From a virus (taxonomy: Duplodnaviria; Caudoviricetes): a DNA stretch of 31,489 nt. Position 1 is the stretch's first letter. Each line of letters begins with the position of its first letter. Under the pieces are notes generated by a model, which was not told the DNA's origin, did not search any database, and saw only the letters and a list, made by a program, of their open reading frames with translations. This document shows positions 26,374 to 31,489 of this stretch, in pieces. The position numbers and the translations under genes were made by a program. The stretch covers positions 1-31,489 of IMG/VR virus record IMGVR_UViG_3300029258_002129; one strand, written 5' to 3'.

Positions 26374-27063
26374 ATGAGCCGTGACATCTTCGAGCATCTG
26401 GGGGAGCTGGGCGTCACCAACCCCAGCTTCATCGTGGCCAGCGGGCCCTGCGGCCGGCCGCACTACGATCAGATCCCGGCTGGCTACTTCATCGCGGCGA
26501 TCAACAGCGCCATCCTGCTGCCGCTGAAGTTCAGCCTGTGGATATGTACCACGCCCGCCGCGCACGTGCTGGACCTGCCCTGGTGGCCGGTCGGACTGGA
26601 CAGCGGGGTACCGAGTCTGATGCGCCGCAACCCGGCCAGCGTGCCGCCCTACGGCGAAGTCCCGATGCGCAATGAGCGGGCCACGTACACGATGCGCGGC
26701 CACTCGATCAAGCGCCACGCCCTGCCGGATGGCGCAGATACGCTCGATGAAGGAGCCAGCAGCGGGGGTGTAGGAATTGCGCTGCTGCACCACGCGCTGC
26801 TGGAGCAGTTCCCGGACGGCCCGCGCGAGATCATCACCTGCGGCTTCGAGCTGATGGGCCGCGCGCACTTCGACGGGTCGGTCACGTGGCATGGCGAGGG
26901 CGACGGCTGGGCTACTCGCCGCGAGCACGCCAATAAGCTGATCCGCCGCGCCGCCGAGCTGGGTACGCGGGTGCGGTCGCTGTCGCCGGTACATCCCGAG
27001 CTCGAGCTGGAGCGCGTACCGGAAGCCGAGATCGCCGGCTGGCAGGAGGCCGCGTGCAGCTGA
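26374..27063 (+). CDS. Maf/DUF115 (GT29/GT42-like fold) putative glycosyltransferase
   Basis: FIVASGPCG, IAAINSA, SSGGVGIALL, EIITCGFEL...HF. Confidence 0.6.
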   Translation: MSRDIFEHLGELGVTNPSFIVASGPCGRPHYDQIPAGYFIAAINSAILLPLKFSLWICTTPAAHVLDLPWWPVGLDSGVPSLMRRNPASVPPYGEVPMRNERATYTMRGHSIKRHALPDGADTLDEGASSGGVGIALLHHALLEQFPDGPREIITCGFELMGRAHFDGSVTWHGEGDGWATRREHANKLIRRAAELGTRVRSLSPVHPELELERVPEAEIAGWQEAACS

Positions 27064-28646
27064 TCAGTACATGCACCGATCGCGACAGCCCGCTGATCGA
27101 CCGGCGGCTGGCCGTATCGCGGTTCCTGGGTAAGCAGATCAGCCGCGGCCGCTGGCCCGAGCTGTTCCCATTCTTCGCCGAGGTCCACGAGCTTGACGAG
27201 CGCGGCAAGAATGACGATCAGCTGCTGGCCGAGTGCCAGGACGCGGGAATCGATACGTTCATGGCGCATGAGTACATGGCCCACAGCGATGCGCGCCGGC
27301 GCCGGTTCCGGCAGGCCGGCCTCAGGTACTGGCACATCGGGCTCGGCGTGGCTGCGCACTACCGGACCGCGCGGATCGACTGGGCGATGTACGAATCGGA
27401 CACCTGGCTCAGGCACGCCACCAGCCCGGACAGGCTGCCGGCAGCCAGCGCGATCCCGGCGGACAGCCCGATCAAGCGGGTACTCGTGATCGGGCAGGTC
27501 CACGGGGATCAGGCCCAGCAGTATGGTGGGCTGGGCTTTAACAGCTGCCTGCTGATGAGCGAAGTCCGCGATCTGTTGCCGGACGCCGAGATCAGGTACC
27601 GCCCGCACCCGGAGTCCCTGCGGGCCGTCCCCGAGCACAAGATCACCGTCGACACGACGTGGTACCCCGACCCGTACCTTGCCTGGCCCGACGAGGATGT
27701 ACTGATCTCGCAGAACCGCACGCTCGCTGACGATATCGAGTGGGCGGACGCCTGCGCGACGATCAACAGCACTGCCGCGTATGAGTCGCTGCTGGCCGGC
27801 GTGCCGGTCTACCACGCCGGGATACCGCTACTGCACGAGCATCCGGGCGGCTGCTTCAGGCTCGGCCAGCTGGCGGACGGCAAGCGGTACGTGAGCCGCG
27901 ACTACCAAGACCGGCTGCGCGGCCGTCTCAACGAAATGCAGGGGCAGGTTTACGGCCTAGGCCCGGAGCTGTTCCTGAAGCATGAGCTGTACATGCTGGG
28001 CGACTGGACCGGCGAGGCCGTAGCCCCGCGGCCCAAAGTCCGCGGGCGGTGCCTGGGCGACCTGGACAGCTTCCGGCAGGCGTTCGATCCCGGCAGCCAC
28101 GTGCTGATCTGCGGTACCGGCCCGTCGCTACACCGCGCCAGGGACATCAACCTGAAGGGCTACACCGTGATCGCCGTCAACAGCGCCTGCAATCTGGTCG
28201 ATCCGGACCTGCTGATGCTGATGAACGTCAACTGCTGGCGGTACCCGCTGATCTGGGAGCACCTGCGCGGGCGCATGCACCTGCTGAGCGACCTGCTGGC
28301 GGCGAACGCCGGGCGCTATCCCTACGACTACCACACCTTCAAGCACCTGCCGCCGGTCGATGATCCGGTATTCGAGCCGTGGCTGCTCAGCAGCAGCGCG
28401 GGGGTCGCGTTCCGCGCGATTCAGCTGGCCGCGAGCTACCCGCAGGTCAAAGCGATCCACATGGTTGGCCTGGATAGCTACAACTGGCAGGTGCACTGGC
28501 AGCACGTGGACAAGGCGCCGGACGGCCCACCGTTCAAGCCGTATGGCGCCAAAGTGCGGGCGGCGAACAAGCTGATCCGAGCCCTGAGGACTCGGATCGA
28601 CTTCGCACACTTCGGGCCTACGAGCCTGAAGGTCAAGGTGAAGTGA
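27054..28646 (+). CDS. Two-domain glycosyltransferase: KpsC/KpsS (GT107)-like N-terminus fused to a Maf/DUF115-like C-terminus
   Basis: N-terminal VLVIGQVHGDQA, IRYRPHP, TINSTAAYESLLAGVPV. C-terminal VLICGTGPSL, VIAVNSA, SSSAGVAFRAIQLA, IHMVGLD. Confidence 0.75.
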   Translation: MQLISTCTDRDSPLIDRRLAVSRFLGKQISRGRWPELFPFFAEVHELDERGKNDDQLLAECQDAGIDTFMAHEYMAHSDARRRRFRQAGLRYWHIGLGVAAHYRTARIDWAMYESDTWLRHATSPDRLPAASAIPADSPIKRVLVIGQVHGDQAQQYGGLGFNSCLLMSEVRDLLPDAEIRYRPHPESLRAVPEHKITVDTTWYPDPYLAWPDEDVLISQNRTLADDIEWADACATINSTAAYESLLAGVPVYHAGIPLLHEHPGGCFRLGQLADGKRYVSRDYQDRLRGRLNEMQGQVYGLGPELFLKHELYMLGDWTGEAVAPRPKVRGRCLGDLDSFRQAFDPGSHVLICGTGPSLHRARDINLKGYTVIAVNSACNLVDPDLLMLMNVNCWRYPLIWEHLRGRMHLLSDLLAANAGRYPYDYHTFKHLPPVDDPVFEPWLLSSSAGVAFRAIQLAASYPQVKAIHMVGLDSYNWQVHWQHVDKAPDGPPFKPYGAKVRAANKLIRALRTRIDFAHFGPTSLKVKVK

Positions 28647-28657
28647 AGGAGGAGACC

Positions 28658-29503
28658 ATGCCGTTTGATCCGATTGCGACACTCAGGGGAATCGACCCCG
28701 AGCTGCGGCCGATGCTGCGCGTTGGTGTGCGGCCCGGCTGGCATGTGCGGCTGTACCGCCGCTGTCTGGCAGCCGCCGGGTATGAGTCGGCGCTGATTCC
28801 GGAAGGCGACGAGCCGGAGTTCAGCACCTTCAGCCTGGCGCTCGATGAGATCACGCGCAACTACCAGGAGGACTGCGGGCTGGTGGTAGACGGCATCGCG
28901 GGCCCGGTGACACTGGCGACTCTGGCGGGCGAGGTACCGCCGAAGCCGCGCGTGGTACCGGACAAGCCTGACGGCCTGGGCTACCAGCTGCGGCAGTCGA
29001 TCGTGCACGTGGCGCGGTACGCCTGCGATGTGCTGCGGATCAGAGAGGTCGGCGGGCCTAATAGCGGGCCGATGGTGGAGGCGCTGCTGGATCATGCTGG
29101 TGCGCCTGATCATTCGCAGTGGCCCTGGTGCGCGGCAGCCCAGCATGCGTTCATTGACTACGGCTATCTGCTGCTGGGGTTGTTCATGCCGGATGTCCCG
29201 GTGGCGCCCGGCGTGCCGGAGCTGAGCTGCTCGATGATCCACCGCTGGGCCGAGCAGAACAAGCGGCTGCGGCCCACGGCTGAGGCGCGGCCGGGCGATG
29301 TGTACCTGTTCGCCGGCGGCGGCAGCGGCTGGTACCACGTGGGCCTGGTTGAGCAGGTGGGCGAGGACGGCGAGCTGACTACCATCGAGGGCAACACCAG
29401 CGCCGACCCGCGGAACATCAGCGAGGACGCTGACGGCGACGGCGTGTACCGCAGGCTGCGGCCGGTGAGCCGGTATCCGGGCGCGGTAGTGAGCGTGACG
29501 TAG
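28658..29503 (+). CDS. Endolysin: peptidoglycan-binding domain plus CHAP amidase/peptidase
   Basis: AGGAGG RBS; PG_binding_1 YQEDCGLVVDGIAGPVT; CHAP motifs WCAA, PGDV, HVGLV, TIEGNT. Confidence 0.92.
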   Translation: MPFDPIATLRGIDPELRPMLRVGVRPGWHVRLYRRCLAAAGYESALIPEGDEPEFSTFSLALDEITRNYQEDCGLVVDGIAGPVTLATLAGEVPPKPRVVPDKPDGLGYQLRQSIVHVARYACDVLRIREVGGPNSGPMVEALLDHAGAPDHSQWPWCAAAQHAFIDYGYLLLGLFMPDVPVAPGVPELSCSMIHRWAEQNKRLRPTAEARPGDVYLFAGGGSGWYHVGLVEQVGEDGELTTIEGNTSADPRNISEDADGDGVYRRLRPVSRYPGAVVSVT

Positions 29504-29513
29504 TGCATTAGCA

Positions 29514-29660
29514 TTGACCAGTACTGGGCTGCTGAGCAGTACTGCTCGGGCTGGCTATACTGGTCCTGTGAGTGAAACCCCCGCAGAGCGGGGGTGTGGC
29601 TCGTTCCGGAAGCACCGTCAAGCACCAAGGGAACGAGCGGTTACATCGTAGACGAGGTGA
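29514..29660 (+). promoter_or_regulatory. Structured promoter/leader region of the parB-mom operon
   Basis: CAGTACTG at 29519 and 29537 and CTATACTG at 29555 (18-bp period); TATACT at 29556; hairpins ACCCCCGC/GCGGGGGT and GCTCGTTCC/GGAACGAGC; RBS GAGGTGA. Confidence 0.5.
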
Positions 29661-29667
29661 CCGTATC

Positions 29668-30321
29668 GTGTCCAGCAGTGCGGAATCCCTCATCGATGAT
29701 CCCGTCGATGAGGCTGTCCGGATTACACGGATGTCGCTGACGGAGCTGAAGCCAGCGCCACACAATCCACGCACGATCAGCGACGCTGCCCTGAAGGGGC
29801 TGCGCGCGAGTATCCGGCGGTTCGGGCTGGTGGAGCCTATCGTCTGGAACAAGCGCAGTGGGCAGGTGGTAGGCGGCCACCAGCGGATCAAGGCGCTACA
29901 GGCCGAGGGGGTAGATGTAGCGGACGTCGTGATCGTGGACCTGGACGAGACTGACGAGAAGGCGCTGAATCTGGCGCTAAACAACCCAGCGATTGCGGGC
30001 GAGTTCACGCTGGACGTGCAGGCGCTGATTGGTGAAGTGCAGGCAGTGCAGCCGGGGCTGGTGCCGGAGCTGCGATTCGATGCGCTGCTGGAGCAGGCCG
30101 GTATGTTCGAGGTCGGCGAAGCTGAAATGCCTGAGCTGCGCAGTGGCGACCGCGAGCCGTTCCAGCAGATGACCTTCACGCTGGCTGATAGCCAGGCCGA
30201 GTGCGTGAAGGCTGCGCTGGCAAAGGCGAAGGCAGCGGGTGCATTCAACGGCACCGGTAACGAGAATAGCAACGGGAACGCGCTGGCTCGCATCGTGGAG
30301 GATTACCTTGGGCAGGGCTAA
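29668..30321 (+). CDS. ParB/Srx N-terminal domain protein associated with DNA modification
   Basis: GAGGTGA RBS before GTG29668; LKPAPHNPR, SIRRFGLVEPIVWN, VVGGHQR, EKALNLALN. Confidence 0.88.
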   Translation: MSSSAESLIDDPVDEAVRITRMSLTELKPAPHNPRTISDAALKGLRASIRRFGLVEPIVWNKRSGQVVGGHQRIKALQAEGVDVADVVIVDLDETDEKALNLALNNPAIAGEFTLDVQALIGEVQAVQPGLVPELRFDALLEQAGMFEVGEAEMPELRSGDREPFQQMTFTLADSQAECVKAALAKAKAAGAFNGTGNENSNGNALARIVEDYLGQG

Positions 30322-31078
30322 GGATATCCGCGTCAAGCCGATCAGCGCCCAGGATGCGAATCGGATCATAAGGCAGCTTCACTACAGCGGGAAAGTAGTA
30401 CAGAACAGCCAGCTTCACCTAGGCGTTTTCCTCGATGGGAAATGCGGCGGCGCGCTGCAATTTGGGCCGTCGCTGGATAAGCGGAAGATCATCGGACTGG
30501 TGGCTGATACCAAGTGGAATGAGTTCCTGGAGCTGAACCGCTTGGCGCTTGCTGACTGGCTGCCACGCAACAGTGAATCGAGAGCGATTGCGGTTGCCAT
30601 GCGCCTGCTCAGGCGGCACTACCCGCATCTGAAGTGGGTTGTCAGTTTCGCGGATGGGACGCAGTGCGGCGATGGCACGATCTATCGTGCGGCGGGATTC
30701 GTGCTGACTGGTATCCGTGCCAACGCCACCATCATGGAGCTTGACGGCGAGGTGTTTACTGATATCGGCTTGCGTACCGGCACTGAGCGCCGAACGAAAG
30801 CACGACAGATCGTCGCGGCCAAAACACCGGACAATCCCAATTATCCTAGGCCAGGCGGACGGTATTGGAGCAGTTATGTGCAGGAGCAGGGCATCGGTCG
30901 AGTATTGCCAGGATTCCAGCTCCGCTATATCTACTTCCTCGATCCTGCCTGCCGCGCCAAGCTGACCGTACCGGAGTTACCATACAGCGCTATCGAGGAA
31001 GCCGGTGCCGGCATGTACAAGGGCAAGCCGAGATCATGCGCCAGTAGTGTAGTGGCAGCACAGCCTACACACCAGTAG
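30308..31078 (+). CDS. mom: Mom-family (GNAT-fold) DNA adenine hypermodification enzyme
   Basis: GGAGG RBS before TTG30308. HYSGK, LGVF, ELNRLAL...PRNSESRAI, YPHLKWVVSFAD and GTIYRAAGF resemble the phage Mu Mom motifs. Confidence 0.85.
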   Translation: MGRAKDIRVKPISAQDANRIIRQLHYSGKVVQNSQLHLGVFLDGKCGGALQFGPSLDKRKIIGLVADTKWNEFLELNRLALADWLPRNSESRAIAVAMRLLRRHYPHLKWVVSFADGTQCGDGTIYRAAGFVLTGIRANATIMELDGEVFTDIGLRTGTERRTKARQIVAAKTPDNPNYPRPGGRYWSSYVQEQGIGRVLPGFQLRYIYFLDPACRAKLTVPELPYSAIEEAGAGMYKGKPRSCASSVVAAQPTHQ

Positions 31079-31113
31079 GCAGGCGGCGGTTCGAACCCGA
31101 CCCTGGCGCTCCA
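31038..31113 (+). tRNA. Atypical tRNA-Gly-like RNA (76 nt, encoded CCA)
   Basis: Acceptor GCGCCAG/CTGGCGC plus T-CCA. D arm GTGT-AGTGGCA-GCAC. Anticodon arm GCCTAC-ACACCA-GTAGGC. T arm GGCGG-TTCGAAC-CCG(A)CC. Confidence 0.8.
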
Positions 31114-31119
31114 CTCTCC

Positions 31120-31488
31120 TTATCCTGCAAGCAGGGTCAAAGCGTGGTAAACTACGTTCGCGCTGATGCTGGGCAAAGCCCAGTTAACCTCGATCTCCCC
31201 GAACCTTGTTGCCAGCCGCTCCAGCTCTGATCCGAGCGTCAGATGCAGCTCCCAGTCCTCGCGGTCATACACCGTCACGCCGCCGCCCGCCGGCAGGATA
31301 TCCTCCAGCACATCCCGCAGCTGGTAGCTCTGCCCGCCGTGGCCGTACTCGACCGCCCGCCGGTACTTGTCGCGCGCCGCGTCGACGTGGGCAGGCAGTG
31401 CTCGGTACCACGCCGCCAGCTCCTCCAGATCAGCCAGGCACTCCTCGCAGCCGGTCAGCTCCGCGTCGAGGCTGTCCAGCCGCTCCTC
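31120..31488 (-). CDS. C-terminal part of a probable large serine recombinase/integrase (5' end outside the window)
   Basis: The frame is open to the window edge. Coiled coil EERLDSLDAELTGCEECLADLEEL followed by LRDVLEDIL...VTVY resembles LSR C-termini. The catalytic domain is not visible. Confidence 0.4.
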   Translation of the reverse strand, partial: EERLDSLDAELTGCEECLADLEELAAWYRALPAHVDAARDKYRRAVEYGHGGQSYQLRDVLEDILPAGGGVTVYDREDWELHLTLGSELERLATRFGEIEVNWALPSISANVVYHALTLLAG

Positions 31489-31489
31489 C

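Larger units (their letters stand above)
1..31489 (+). mobile_element. Siphovirus-type (pro)phage packaging, morphogenesis, lysis and DNA-modification region
   Basis: Canonical terminase-portal-protease-capsid-neck-tube-chaperone-TMP-tail tip-lysin order. Most genes are tightly coupled on the + strand by ATGA/TAATG/GTGA overlaps. No tail sheath gene is seen. Confidence 0.97.

Noticed and set aside
31038-31113. tRNA-like RNA as a tRNA-Sec or UGA suppressor for the TMP stop
   Set aside because: No UCA anticodon, a 7-bp acceptor stem and a short variable loop, unlike tRNA-Sec. The CCA in the loop is not at anticodon position, and the identity elements are those of Gly.
31085-31120. tRNA as a simple integration-site (att) remnant next to the recombinase-like gene
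   Set aside because: The cloverleaf is complete with all stems paired and its 5' half lies within mom coding sequence; tRNA targets are mostly used by tyrosine integrases. Disfavoured, but not excluded without the other prophage end.
1-31489. Genome-wide UGA reassignment (code 4 or 25)
   Set aside because: Many genes end at TGA with coupled downstream starts (687, 911, 1252, 17033, 19414, 19917), so UGA is a normal stop.

Overview
GC-rich, almost entirely + strand late region of a tailed siphovirus-type (pro)phage with an HK97-like head. Gene order: putative small terminase, three small ORFs, large terminase, a ribbon-helix-helix protein, portal fused to a Mu gpF/SPP1 gp7 domain, prohead protease, major capsid, decoration protein, a KpsC/KpsS-like glycosyltransferase, neck and tail genes (with a gpG/gpGT-type -1 frameshift), tape measure, Dit/hub/fibre, a membrane protein/lipoprotein/permuted NlpC-P60 trio, a glycan-modification cluster, a CHAP endolysin, a ParB + Mom-like DNA-modification pair, and the 3' end of a convergent recombinase-like gene. 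Three things stand out. (1) A 76-nt tRNA-Gly-like RNA overlaps the 3' end of the mom-like gene. It keeps the GlyRS identity elements but has an abnormal anticodon loop and a bulge in the EF-Tu-binding T-stem, so it may be a dedicated glycyl donor for adenine hypermodification. (2) The tape measure gene has an in-frame UGA in a C-G-P-G-G-UGA context followed by a bacterial SECIS-like hairpin, so it may encode a selenocysteine-containing virion protein. (3) A multi-enzyme, probably ulosonic-acid-type, virion glycosylation system is split between the head genes and the lysis region. All product calls come from motif recognition by eye; no searches were run.
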